A stretch of DNA of 64,000 nucleotides from Candidatus Bathyarchaeota archaeon (GCA_963815095.1 CAWFFH010000003.1:64001-128000), one strand, 5' to 3'; shown: positions 10,566 through 20,838, counted from the first letter of the stretch. Notes: generated from the sequence alone by a model not told the origin. A program made the numbers and translations.

Positions 10566-12074
10566 TTACATTCCTGATTTTAGTCGTCGATAGGTTGTGT
10601 AATCCACATATTCTATGAAGGGATTTTCGGCTTGGAATTTTACAGTGATTTTCTGTCGTTTCCGTTTGTCAAGAAGCTGGCTTGTTGTTCTGAGCAGATA
10701 TGAATCGCTGCCTGCGCCTGAGCCGTAACTTGTAACCAGAATGCGTTCATCAGGTTTAGCAACGTCGAGAACTGCAGCTAAACCTACAAGCGAGGCACCT
10801 GAGTAAGTATTGCCGAACTTTGTTATTTGAAGGGCAGGCAAATATTGCTCATCTTTGAATCCGAGTTCTTTTGCAACTCTCACTGGGAAAGTGGGGTTAG
10901 GCTGATGAGGAACGAAATAGTTTAAATCAGCGGCTTTAACGTTGAAGCGTTCCATCAGTTTAGTGGCAGCTTTGCGAACATGTTTATGGTATGCTGGATC
11001 ACCTGTGAATCTTCCGCCATGCATGGGGTATGGTTCACCGTCTCGACGCCAAAAGTCAGGAGTATCAGAGGTGCAGGAGTACCACCCTTCAACTTCAGCG
11101 ATTACATCCTGTTTTCCATAGATGAATGCTGCGGCGCCGTATCCTACAAAAGAATCTAATTCACCACCAGGGCATCCTCGGGGTGCGGCTTGAGAATTAT
11201 CTGCACCAATAACCATTGCATAGTTTATGCCTGACTGGGGGTAACTAACAAGTGCAGATGCATCTTTGAACATACTTGTGGCTGCTTTACAAGCAAACTC
11301 TGTATCCACTGCATCAACGCTTTGAACGTCACCATCTTCTTCACCTAACTGTAGAACCTGAGCTACTTTTGACGCGATTGGTTTAACGGCATAAGGGTTA
11401 GATTCTGAGCCAACGTAAACTTTTCCAACCCACGCACTATCAATTCCTGAATGGATTAGGGCAAGTTTCCCGGCTTCAACCGCCGCTGTCACAGAATCTT
11501 CATCTATGAAAGGAACGGCACGTTCTAATCCACCGTCTTTTATACGGAAACGTGAGGAGTAAGCGCCATAACCCACAATCCCAGGCAACTCATAGTCTTT
11601 TCTTGGTTGAATCACCTTGTATTCCTGATGTGGATAATACTCGTCCGCTAAGGTAAAAGCTAGAGAGATCGTGGGAACAACTTCGCTCTTTCCTACTGAA
11701 TAACGTCTGCGGAACCGGGGAATTACTTCTCGTCCCTCAAGGCTCGCAAAATCCACATCGTCACCATCACAAATCAGTTGGTCTGTTAGCCGTGCAGGCA
11801 CTCGGATTTTGCCGTCATGGAAAGAGACAATGCCGTAAACATAACTGGATAGTTTCATGAATTTGTTTGTGGGCTCGTTAACGTAAGTGCAGAGTTCCAA
11901 TTTGCCCTTGTCATAGAACAAATCGATGCTATCCATTTTACCGAAGCTTTTTCTGCCGCAGTTGCTGCAGTAGTCGCGCACTTCAAAGTATTCTTTGCCG
12001 CAACTTTGACAACGACATGCCTTTAGACGGTCACCTAAGTAAGAAACACGTCGCTCTATTGGTTCACTACTCAT
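10566..12074 (-). CDS. DUF35 (Zn ribbon + OB fold)-hydroxymethylglutaryl-CoA synthase fusion
   Basis: N-terminal CQSCG...CSNCG plus OB fold; HMGS motifs GSESNPYAVKP, EFACKAA, DFWRR, HQPN, GNTYSG, YGSGAGSD. Confidence 0.92.
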   Translation of the reverse strand: MSSEPIERRVSYLGDRLKACRCQSCGKEYFEVRDYCSNCGRKSFGKMDSIDLFYDKGKLELCTYVNEPTNKFMKLSSYVYGIVSFHDGKIRVPARLTDQLICDGDDVDFASLEGREVIPRFRRRYSVGKSEVVPTISLAFTLADEYYPHQEYKVIQPRKDYELPGIVGYGAYSSRFRIKDGGLERAVPFIDEDSVTAAVEAGKLALIHSGIDSAWVGKVYVGSESNPYAVKPIASKVAQVLQLGEEDGDVQSVDAVDTEFACKAATSMFKDASALVSYPQSGINYAMVIGADNSQAAPRGCPGGELDSFVGYGAAAFIYGKQDVIAEVEGWYSCTSDTPDFWRRDGEPYPMHGGRFTGDPAYHKHVRKAATKLMERFNVKAADLNYFVPHQPNPTFPVRVAKELGFKDEQYLPALQITKFGNTYSGASLVGLAAVLDVAKPDERILVTSYGSGAGSDSYLLRTTSQLLDKRKRQKITVKFQAENPFIEYVDYTTYRRLKSGM

Positions 12075-13263
12075 TTTTCTGCACTCCTAAAATGGATACG
12101 TAAGCTTTTGTTCCAAAACCCTCAAACTCCAATACACCGCCATTATGAGGTAAACTATTACCAACGTGAACTTGTCTTTCACCTGCTTCACCACGAAGTT
12201 GGCGGAAAATCTCATAAATCTGTGCTCCTCCAGTTGCACCCAACGGGTTACCATCTGCTTTTAAGCCGCCATCTGTGTTTACATAAAGCGGTTTTCCACT
12301 TATGTCATAACAGTTTTGGCACCCATGAATACTTTTCCAAGCAGTACCAGGTTGGCAGTAGCCCAAGTCTTCAAGAGAAACCATCTCCATCATAGTAGAT
12401 TGATCATAAACTTCAAGAATTTGCAACTCCGAAGGTTTAACCTTAGAGGTTTGGACAGCGTTTTTCATTGCAAGCTCAGCAGCAACAAAATGGGATAAGT
12501 CTTCTCGTTTTGGATAGTTCAAGTAGTCAGTTGCTGAACCGATGGCTAAAACCGAGACGGGGTGTTTAGTCTTTTTTTTGGCGACTGAATCGCTTGTTAG
12601 AATTAAAGCTGAGGCTCCATCCGAGATTGGGGCAAAATCATAGAGTCCCAAGGGTTTATGGGCGGTTTTTCTTGCGTTTAGAACTTGGTCGATGGTGATT
12701 TTTCTTTGAAATTGCGCATATTTGTTTTTAGTTGCGTTCGCATGGTTCTTAACAGTAATCTCTGCCAAAGCCATGTTTAACTTGTCGAGGTTTGCGCCCG
12801 CAATATGGTGTTTCTTTATGTAAGCTCGAAGCATAAGTTCATGGTTCGATTCAGGTGTGCCACCTGCATAATAACTCCATGGATCATCAAGTAACATGAG
12901 GTCGTCGCGAATTTTGTCCCAGCGATCTGTCATCTTCTCTATACCACCTACTAGAACCGTGTTGTAGGCTCCAGCCTGAATCGCGTGGCAAGCGGTTAAT
13001 AGGGCGGCGCTGAAGGAGCGGGTAACTTCCATGGGAACGTGAAGTTCAGTTAATTCGGAGAGAAAACCCTCTTCAAGCCCTAGCTTGTTGGTGATAGGAA
13101 GAAAACAATCTGACAGGTAACAAGCTTCTAGGTCTTTGCGTTCGATGTTACATTCGTTTGAAGCGGCAAGCCAAGATTCCTCAATTAGTTTTTCTGGTTC
13201 TTTGCCGTAGTGTTCTCCAAACTTAGTGCGGCCAACAGCAACGATGGCTGGGCAGTTTTGCAT
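12067..13263 (-). CDS. Thiolase-fold protein lacking the catalytic Cys and His
   Basis: VGRTKFG, GIEKM, KNHANA, PISDGASA, NTDGGLKA motifs are present; no CASG motif; GHP is replaced by GNP; start likely ATG at 13263. Confidence 0.88.
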   Translation of the reverse strand: MQNCPAIVAVGRTKFGEHYGKEPEKLIEESWLAASNECNIERKDLEACYLSDCFLPITNKLGLEEGFLSELTELHVPMEVTRSFSAALLTACHAIQAGAYNTVLVGGIEKMTDRWDKIRDDLMLLDDPWSYYAGGTPESNHELMLRAYIKKHHIAGANLDKLNMALAEITVKNHANATKNKYAQFQRKITIDQVLNARKTAHKPLGLYDFAPISDGASALILTSDSVAKKKTKHPVSVLAIGSATDYLNYPKREDLSHFVAAELAMKNAVQTSKVKPSELQILEVYDQSTMMEMVSLEDLGYCQPGTAWKSIHGCQNCYDISGKPLYVNTDGGLKADGNPLGATGGAQIYEIFRQLRGEAGERQVHVGNSLPHNGGVLEFEGFGTKAYVSILGVQKNE

Positions 13264-13391
13264 TACATTTTCCCCTTTTTGGATAGCATACAAGGTTTTC
13301 CAAAACGACTATTAAGGGTTTGCCATATCCCCACGAAAAATTCGAATAACAAGGTCAAAAGCAAACCATAAAAAAATAACTTAACTCCTCT

Positions 13392-14789
13392 CTATGGGAC
13401 TCCATTAGTTATCTCATTTTTAGTTAACTGAAACCTTGTTGTTTCTACCAGATTCTGAAGGTTTTGACTCAACTCCACTGGATATATTGGAGCATCTGTC
13501 AATGCCTTAAATTTGTCTGGAAGTTTTGATAGATTTTCTGAAGCTGTAGAACGAATTTGCTCAAGCGACGGTAAACTGTAGGACAATTTGCCCTTTTCCA
13601 TGACTTTAACAAGCAAACCTTCACCCGCAACATTCTCATCAGCCAAGGCAATAACATCTTTTCTGAAACAGCCTTCTTCATCTTTGAAACGGTAAACTTG
13701 CTTTCGCCCGGGAAGAGTGATTTTGTCCTTGCTTAGCTTCATAATTGGCGAGAAATTACCGTCAGCTGTCATGGTTTCGCAGAGTTTGTAGATGACATCA
13801 AGGTATGGGCGATCCGCACAAGTACCCATTTTCGTCCCGACGCCAAACGCGTCAATCTTGGTGTCTTCTTTTAGGAGTTGTGTAATTTTGAATTCTTCCA
13901 AGTCGCCGCTAACAAAAATTTTAACGTTCCTCAAACCATTGTCATCCAAGATTTTTCTAACTTTTTTGCTTGTCTCTGCTAGGTCTCCACTGTCCAATCT
14001 GACACCGCCAAGACTGTAACCTTTTGCTTCGAGTTCCTTGGCGACGATGATCGCTTTTTCTGCGCCCGCCATGTCATCGTAGGTATCTATGAGGAGGGTA
14101 GATTTGTTTGGGAAAGTTTTGGTAAACGCGCGGAACGCGTCGATTTCTTTAGGGTAGGACATGATGAACGAGTGCGCCATGGTGCCGAAGACGGGGATGT
14201 CGTAAGCCATGCCTGCTAAAACGTTGCTGGTTCCTTGGCATCCCGCAATGTAGCTTGATCGCGCCACCTTCATACCCGCATCAATTCCAGGTTCTCGCCT
14301 TAAGCCAAATTCAATCACTGATTTGCCGTTTGCTGCATGAACTACACGTGAAGCTTTAGTTGCTATCATAGTTTGCAGGTTGACGGTGTTTAACAAAAAA
14401 GTCTCGATGAGCTGTGCCTCGATTATGGGCGCGGTTACTCGAATTAAGGGTTCGTTGGGAAACGCTACAGTTCCCTCGGGAACAGCCCAAACCTCACCAG
14501 TGAACTTAAACTTGGAGAGATAATTGAGGAAGCCCTTGCGAAAACCCTGCTTTTTTAGATACGCCAAATGTTCCTCAGTAAACTTTGTGCTCTGCAGATA
14601 CTGCAACGCCTCTTCTAAGCCTGCGAAGAGGAAATAGCTGCGGTTTTCGGGCAATCGTCGGATGAAGAGGTCGAATGTTGCAGGCTCAAAGTTTTTGTTG
14701 TCAAAGTAACTTGCGCACATGGTCAATTCGTAGTAATCGGTAAATAAACTGATGTTTTCAGCAGATAAATAGCCGAGAAAACTTTTCAT
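13392..14789 (-). CDS. pncB: Nicotinate phosphoribosyltransferase
   Basis: TDYYELTM, EFGLRR, GTMAHS, LIDTYD, VRLDSGD. Confidence 0.96.
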   Translation of the reverse strand: MKSFLGYLSAENISLFTDYYELTMCASYFDNKNFEPATFDLFIRRLPENRSYFLFAGLEEALQYLQSTKFTEEHLAYLKKQGFRKGFLNYLSKFKFTGEVWAVPEGTVAFPNEPLIRVTAPIIEAQLIETFLLNTVNLQTMIATKASRVVHAANGKSVIEFGLRREPGIDAGMKVARSSYIAGCQGTSNVLAGMAYDIPVFGTMAHSFIMSYPKEIDAFRAFTKTFPNKSTLLIDTYDDMAGAEKAIIVAKELEAKGYSLGGVRLDSGDLAETSKKVRKILDDNGLRNVKIFVSGDLEEFKITQLLKEDTKIDAFGVGTKMGTCADRPYLDVIYKLCETMTADGNFSPIMKLSKDKITLPGRKQVYRFKDEEGCFRKDVIALADENVAGEGLLVKVMEKGKLSYSLPSLEQIRSTASENLSKLPDKFKALTDAPIYPVELSQNLQNLVETTRFQLTKNEITNGVP

Positions 14790-14958
14790 GAATTAGTAGA
14801 GAAGACACTTATGATTTAATTGTTTCTGACCCGACAAGCGGTAAAATGCTTCATTATAGTTTTCACTTTCACTTAACCCCCCACTGCGAAAAATACTCCT
14901 TTGTTCGTGTGTTTTAAATATACCTAACCATACATCAACACTAAATGTGTGAAGATTA

Positions 14959-16005
14959 ATGCCAGAAGACTCCGAAGCTCAACCTCAAGAAGAACATGAA
15001 GAATCTATACTTGAAGCAAACAAGAAAAAATATGAGTTCATAGAAGACCTGCCAGGAGTTGGCCCAGCAACAGCGGCAAAACTCAAAGAACTCGGCTACC
15101 ACACCGTAGAATCCTTAGCTATGGCAACCTACCGTGAACTCGAACCAGTCGGAGTAAGCGAGAAAAAAGCCTTCCAAGTCATCGAAGCCGCACGCTCATC
15201 CATCGGCATCTCATTTATTCGAGCAGACGAACTCTTCAAAATGCGCCAAACTGTTCTGCGGGTAACTACAGGCAGCAAAGCGTTAGATAAAATCGTCGAT
15301 GGCGGCCTAGAAACCCAAACCATCACAGAATTTTACGGTGAATACGGCAGCGGCAAAAGCCAAATGTGCCACCAACTATGCATCAACGTACAGCTACCCC
15401 CAGAAAAAGGTGGACTCGATGGTGCAGCTTTGTACATTGACACCGAGAACACTTTCAGGTTGGAACGCATTGTGCAGATGGCAAAGGGTGCGGGATTAGA
15501 CCCAGCCGAAGCCGTTAAAAAAATCATTTATGCTGAAGCCTACACTTCAGACCACCAGATGTTCCTACTTGAGAACGCTGATGAAATAATCAAGGCAAAC
15601 AACATCAAACTGATAATAGTTGATTCATTAACTGCTCACTTCCGAAGCGAATATATAGGAAGAGAAATGCTCGCGTCAAGACAACAAAAGCTCAACAAAC
15701 ACATGCACAAACTCATCGCCTTAGCTCGAGCATTTAACGCAGTAGCAGTTGTAACCAACCAAGTCATGGCTAAACCAGACCAATTCTTCGGCGATGCAAT
15801 CCACCCAATAGGAGGAAACATCGTCGGCCACACAAGCGCCACACGAATCTATCTAAGACGCGCTTCGCATGGACCAATCCGCATCGCAAGATTAGTTTCA
15901 AGCCCATATTTGCCTGAAGGTGAGGAAATCCTTAAAGTAACCGAGAACGGAATAGAAGATGTCTCTGAAGAAGAGAAAGCAACTAAACCATCTCGTGGAC
16001 GCTAA
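14959..16005 (+). CDS. radA: DNA repair and recombination protein RadA
   Basis: N-terminal HhH (LPGVGPATA), GEYGSGKSQ, YIDTENTF, VDSL, FRSEYIGR. Confidence 0.98.
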   Translation: MPEDSEAQPQEEHEESILEANKKKYEFIEDLPGVGPATAAKLKELGYHTVESLAMATYRELEPVGVSEKKAFQVIEAARSSIGISFIRADELFKMRQTVLRVTTGSKALDKIVDGGLETQTITEFYGEYGSGKSQMCHQLCINVQLPPEKGGLDGAALYIDTENTFRLERIVQMAKGAGLDPAEAVKKIIYAEAYTSDHQMFLLENADEIIKANNIKLIIVDSLTAHFRSEYIGREMLASRQQKLNKHMHKLIALARAFNAVAVVTNQVMAKPDQFFGDAIHPIGGNIVGHTSATRIYLRRASHGPIRIARLVSSPYLPEGEEILKVTENGIEDVSEEEKATKPSRGR

Positions 16006-16007
16006 AT

Positions 16008-16478
16008 ATGCCGATTTCACAAGCCTTAGTTACCAGGTACTTTCAGCTCATAGTTAGCAGGCAATTCACAGAAGCTGAACGTGAGTTGGAACGAGTTAAA
16101 CAAAAAATGCAGAAAACCGAATGGAACAGGGGATACTTCCGAGCACTCTACGGCATGTATCTTTCACGCAAAAACAGTGCCACAGACGACTACGCTTTTT
16201 TTTCAAAAGTTGATTTAACTGACAAAGTAAATTTGCATGCTTACCGAAAAGAATTCCTTGAGCACATGGGCAACGGTTTGCATGGAGACTTTGACCGTGG
16301 ATATTTTTCCGCATGGGCAGATTGCATGCGTATAATTGCGCGCATGGATATTCAAAATCAGAACGGTAACAGCAAATCTGCAGGCGAAGGAGAAAAAATC
16401 GAAACCTTAAGAAGCGATAAAAGTCAGGCAACTATAGCGAATTTTCTGAAGAAAACAGAAGACAAACAAGAAGAGTAA
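16008..16478 (+). CDS. Hypothetical helical protein directly downstream of radA
   Basis: 2-nt gap after the radA stop; internal repeat WNRGYF / FDRGYF. Confidence 0.7.
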   Translation: MPISQALVTRYFQLIVSRQFTEAERELERVKQKMQKTEWNRGYFRALYGMYLSRKNSATDDYAFFSKVDLTDKVNLHAYRKEFLEHMGNGLHGDFDRGYFSAWADCMRIIARMDIQNQNGNSKSAGEGEKIETLRSDKSQATIANFLKKTEDKQEE

Positions 16479-16499
16479 GAATTTTAATTCTTTTTCGAA

Positions 16500-16790
16500 T
16501 TAAAAAGATTTAACTGCGGTGTAGAACAGCACAAAGAAAGATAGCCAAGCAAAGAAGTACATACCTATTGCTGTGCTGAGGATTTTGGATTGTTTCTCGA
16601 TTTTGTCCTTGTAGTATCCTCTCATGATGTAGTAAGTTATGAAGTAGATGAGTAGGGCTACTGTGATGCTGTTTACGAGGGTTGTTATGTCACTTGCGCT
16701 ACCGAATAAACCTGCTAAAACAGCAGTTATTGCCCCTGCAACTATGCCTAATGCAACTCGCAACCAGTAAAGTTGAACAACAGGTGTCAT
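16500..16790 (-). CDS. EMC6/Rab5ip-like three-TM membrane protein
   Basis: 96 aa, 3 TMs, WLRVALGIVAG and AIGMYFFAWLSFFVLFY patterns resembling EMC6. Confidence 0.6.
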   Translation of the reverse strand: MTPVVQLYWLRVALGIVAGAITAVLAGLFGSASDITTLVNSITVALLIYFITYYIMRGYYKDKIEKQSKILSTAIGMYFFAWLSFFVLFYTAVKSF

Positions 16791-16958
16791 GTAAATCGAA
16801 TCCTTGATTTTGTATATTGTTCTTACTTAAAAAAGATGCCTAAGTATTAATCGTTTCTGATACCCAAAAGCTCGATTCCAGCAATTTGACGAGTTTTGGT
16901 GAAAACGGTTAATTTATAGTCAATGACTATAGATTCCATTACAATAGCGGTGCCTACC

Positions 16959-19016
16959 TTGCGCAAAAAAGACTTCTCAAGCTTTGACATTGCCGCAGCA
17001 ATCAAAGAACTAAAAATCACTTTAGCCGATTCCAGAGTGAACAACATCTATCAACTTGACGAGAAAACCGTAATCTTCAAACTCCACAAAACAGACCAAC
17101 CGCCTATTCGATTAGTGATGGAGGCAGGCAGAAGACTACATGTGACTAGTTACGCAGAAGAAAACCCCGCTGAACCCCCAGCATTCTGTATGGCATTGAG
17201 AAAATACTTGCGTAACTCATGGGTAACTGGAATTGACCAATATGAGTTTGAAAGAATCGTAACAGTTACTTTTAGGACCAAAACAGGTTTGTTAAAATTG
17301 GTTGTGGAGCTTTTCGGCGAAGGCAACTTGATACTAACAAATGAACAAAACGTGATTATTCATGCGTTAGCTTTTAAAAAAATGCGTGACCGCGACATCC
17401 TGCACAACATAGTCCTTCAGCTTCCCCCTTCAAGCGGCAAAAACCCCTTCAAAGTAACCCAAAGTGAGCTGGAAGAAGCTCTCAAAAACGCAGGGGAAAC
17501 TGAAGTTGTAAGGTCTATCGCGCGTTTCTTGGGGGTTGGTGGAGTTTATGCAGAAGAAATTCTGCTGCGAGCTAATGTGGATAAAACTAAGCATTGTAAT
17601 ACCGTAACAAGCGAGGAGGTTAAGGGGATTTTTACTGCCCTACAAACTTTACTGGCCGCTGTTTCAGGAGGCAACTTGGAGGCTTGCATAGTTCTGGGTG
17701 ATGACGGAGACTATCTGGATGTTGTGCCTATCAAGCTGAAACGTTATGAAAGCTGCAAACTTCAGGTTTACAACTCATTTAATCAGGCTTTAGACGAATT
17801 TTACCTGAGAGTAATCACCGCAGAGAAAGCGTTTGCAAGCGTTGAAGTTGACAAGTTAAAAAAAGAAGCCGAACGACTCAGACGAATGGTTGCGGAACAA
17901 GAAAAATCCATTCATGAAGATGAAGCCAAATCTGAACGAGACAAACTCGTCGGCGACACCATCTACGCTCATTTTAACGAGCTTCAAACATTCCAAGAGC
18001 AACTGATAAAAGCAAACCAACAAGGACACGACTGGGACATAATCATCACAACGGTCATGGCTGCAAAGAAAACAGGCAAAGTGCCAGCGGCTTATGTTGA
18101 AGGTTTTGATGGCAAAAACCTCGCACTTAACCTCGGCGTAGATAATTTCCATTTCAGTTTCAACTTGCGAGATTCGCTCTTTGATAACGCCAACAGGTAC
18201 TATGAACATGGTAAACACGCTAAAGAAAAAGCTCAAGGCGCTCTCTTTGCTCTTCAGGATTCTAAGAGGAAACTAGCTAAAATCGAGCGCGAGCTGGCTG
18301 AAGCGGAAACGCTCAAGAGCCTAAAACCAGCCGAAATGATAGAAGCACTCTCCAAACGTAAAGTAGAAATGGAAAACAAGGAGTGGTACGAAAAATTCCG
18401 CTGGTATATTTCCTCAGATGGCTTCTTAGTGGTTGCAGGTAAAGACACTGTCAGCAATGAAGTGCTTATAAAAAAATACACTATACAAGAGGATGTAGTT
18501 TTTCACGCAGAAATCACTGGGTCACCGTTTGTAGTTATCAAATCGGAAGGTAGACCAATTAGTGAACAAGCCTTGCGGGAAGCCGGCGAGTTTGCAGCTT
18601 CTTTTTCGCGGGCATGGCGGGAAAACCTTGGAACAGCAGACGTTTATTGGGTAAAAGTTGACCAGCTAACTAAAAGTGGTCCGTCTGGAGAATCAGTTCC
18701 TCATGGAGCGTTTTTTGTTGTGGGTAAACGCAACTGGTTTAGGAACACACCATTAAAAGTGGCAATCGGGATAATCGTCGGTGAAGAAACAACCTTTGTT
18801 GGCGGTCCAGTCGACGCAGTGAAGGCGAAAACCAAAACTTACCTCGTTATCTTGCCTGGAGATTTAGCCGGCAAAGAACTACTCAAGCAAATTCTCAAAT
18901 CTCTCATGCTAAAGTTGCCCAAGGAACAACGCGAAAAAGCAGGAAAAACATCGATTGAACAAGTCCGAGAGTTTGTTCCCTACACGAAAGGCACAATAAA
19001 CCAAAAAGCAACCTAA
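16959..19016 (+). CDS. rqcH: Ribosome quality control factor RqcH/aRqc2 (NEMF, NFACT family)
   Basis: FCMALRKYL, FERIV, ELFGEGN, WYEKFRW, AGKD...NE; start likely TTG at 16959 after GGTG. Confidence 0.93.
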   Translation: MRKKDFSSFDIAAAIKELKITLADSRVNNIYQLDEKTVIFKLHKTDQPPIRLVMEAGRRLHVTSYAEENPAEPPAFCMALRKYLRNSWVTGIDQYEFERIVTVTFRTKTGLLKLVVELFGEGNLILTNEQNVIIHALAFKKMRDRDILHNIVLQLPPSSGKNPFKVTQSELEEALKNAGETEVVRSIARFLGVGGVYAEEILLRANVDKTKHCNTVTSEEVKGIFTALQTLLAAVSGGNLEACIVLGDDGDYLDVVPIKLKRYESCKLQVYNSFNQALDEFYLRVITAEKAFASVEVDKLKKEAERLRRMVAEQEKSIHEDEAKSERDKLVGDTIYAHFNELQTFQEQLIKANQQGHDWDIIITTVMAAKKTGKVPAAYVEGFDGKNLALNLGVDNFHFSFNLRDSLFDNANRYYEHGKHAKEKAQGALFALQDSKRKLAKIERELAEAETLKSLKPAEMIEALSKRKVEMENKEWYEKFRWYISSDGFLVVAGKDTVSNEVLIKKYTIQEDVVFHAEITGSPFVVIKSEGRPISEQALREAGEFAASFSRAWRENLGTADVYWVKVDQLTKSGPSGESVPHGAFFVVGKRNWFRNTPLKVAIGIIVGEETTFVGGPVDAVKAKTKTYLVILPGDLAGKELLKQILKSLMLKLPKEQREKAGKTSIEQVREFVPYTKGTINQKAT

Positions 19017-19124
19017 AATTAAAACTTTAAAATCAGCCCAAGCTATGGATTTTTTTCGGCGTCGATTCTAAATTATGCTAAATCGTTTGAACCTTACCCT
19101 TAGAGCTTGAAATTCGAAAAAGAG

Positions 19125-19448
19125 TTATTTTGGGCATTGAAAAAGCTCTGTTGAGAACACCCGGTAGTTTTCGATTTTGGGAGTTTCCTCAAGTAGTCCT
19201 CTAACTTTGTTTATAGCTTGTGTAAACTCTCCTTTTTCTGAATTCATCATAGTCTCTATATCCTGCCAAAGGGTTAGAACAGTTAATGCATTTGGGTCTT
19301 CATAAGACAATAACGATATGTAACCACGATGACCCCCAGCTACCTGCGCGAGCGTTTTAAGGATACGATCAAGTTCAACGAAGCCTTCTTCACGTTTTCC
19401 GGATTTAAAATGCCAAAAAGATACTCGTGCTAAAACCATACAACTCAT
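19125..19448 (-). CDS. ABM/dimeric alpha-beta barrel family protein
   Basis: ARV...KSGK...GGHRG...LTLW pattern, 107 aa. Confidence 0.65.
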   Translation of the reverse strand: MSCMVLARVSFWHFKSGKREEGFVELDRILKTLAQVAGGHRGYISLLSYEDPNALTVLTLWQDIETMMNSEKGEFTQAINKVRGLLEETPKIENYRVFSTELFQCPK

Positions 19449-19579
19449 CTAAACAAAATTGTAGCCTCTTTCTTTTATAGTTTTAAAGTTAGCATTCTTG
19501 ATGGTCAAGCATTTAGACGATTGCTATCTGCTAGTGCACTAGTTTTTTATTTTCAATTGCTCAGTATAAAAATGGTGGT

Positions 19580-20188
19580 TTGTTGGATAAGATTGACCTA
19601 AAAAAAGAACTGAGAACCCTGTACAACCCTTCAGCAAAAGAAATCACAACCGTGGATGTTCCTGCTATGAATTTTCTGTTGGTTGACGGGGAGGGCTCCC
19701 CTTCATCACCACAATTCAGCGAGGCTATTGAAGCGTTATTTAGTGTCGCGTACACTCTTAAGTTCATGGTTAAGAAAGGCACGGGCATAGACTACGGTGT
19801 TATGCCCCTTGAAGGTTTATGGTGGGTAGATGACATGACAAAGTTTAGTCCAGACCGAAAAGACGAGTGGAAATGGACAGCCATGATTATGCATCCCAAA
19901 TACGCTTCAACGGACAATGTTATTTTGGCGGTTGAACAGGTTAAGAAGAAAAAGAACCCCGTTGCTCTCTCCAAAGTTCGGTTTGAAAGTTTCAAAGAAG
20001 GACTTGCCGCACAAATAATGTACATGGGGCCCTTTTCGGCCGAAGCACCAACGATAAAAAAAATACACACATACATCCAAAACAGCGGACACTTTCTAAG
20101 TGCCAAACATCACGAAATTTACTTAAACAACCCAGCCACAACAGCGCCCGAAAAACTGAAAACCATCTTAAGGCAACCGATGAAATGA
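19580..20188 (+). CDS. GyrI-like small-molecule binding protein
   Basis: DLKKE, PLEGLWW, WKWTAMI, HHEIYL, KTILRQP. Confidence 0.9.
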   Translation: MLDKIDLKKELRTLYNPSAKEITTVDVPAMNFLLVDGEGSPSSPQFSEAIEALFSVAYTLKFMVKKGTGIDYGVMPLEGLWWVDDMTKFSPDRKDEWKWTAMIMHPKYASTDNVILAVEQVKKKKNPVALSKVRFESFKEGLAAQIMYMGPFSAEAPTIKKIHTYIQNSGHFLSAKHHEIYLNNPATTAPEKLKTILRQPMK

Positions 20189-20190
20189 TC

Positions 20191-20706
20191 TTAAGCATCA
20201 ATTGCAGTGATTTGCTTCGCTAATTCACGGATTTGTTGCCTGAATTTTTCGCGCATTTTCGTGAAGCGCATAGCGGCCGAAGGATGAACGATCTGGATAT
20301 ATTCTATTCCATCTATTCGCGGGGTTTCTTTTGCAGATGCCCCCAAAAGCACGATTATTTCTGGCTTAATAAATCTAATTTGAGTAATTAAGTAAGGCAA
20401 GCATGCTTTAACTTCGTCGTCGAATGGTTTGCGGTTTTTGGGAGAAACATGCTTAACAATATTTGTTATGAAAACGTCTTCACGTTTTATACCAAATTCG
20501 CTTAAAGTTTTGGTTAAGTATTTTCCTGCGCGACCGACAAATGGTCTGCCCAATTCGTCCTCGTCTGCTCCCGGATTCTGCCCGACAAACATTACGGTAG
20601 CGCTCAGTGGTCCTTCGCCTGGAACTGCATGTTTTGCGTCTTGCCAGAGCCTACATTTTCTGCATCCATAAATTTGCGCGTTCAATTCGTCCATTGACAT
20701 GTGCAT
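20191..20706 (-). CDS. udg: Uracil-DNA glycosylase family 4-like
   Basis: CRKC, VGQNPG, RPFVGRAG, TNIVK, HPSA. Confidence 0.9.
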   Translation of the reverse strand: MHMSMDELNAQIYGCRKCRLWQDAKHAVPGEGPLSATVMFVGQNPGADEDELGRPFVGRAGKYLTKTLSEFGIKREDVFITNIVKHVSPKNRKPFDDEVKACLPYLITQIRFIKPEIIVLLGASAKETPRIDGIEYIQIVHPSAAMRFTKMREKFRQQIRELAKQITAIDA

Positions 20707-20838
20707 CAGCTTGTTGTTGGCTATTAACAGTCACGCAACCTTAAAAAATAACTCCTAACTACTAGTAAATCAAGTTCTTGTTTGACAAAACAGGAACAGA
20801 CTTGGTAGTTTTAAGGCTTAATTTTACGAGGAAAGAAA

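Noticed and set aside
14855-14875. Sulfolobus-type UV box (ANTTTC) upstream of radA, with a TTTCAC repeat
   Set aside because: The motif is short and AT-rich, with no convincing counterpart upstream of uvrB or rSAM-dinB.
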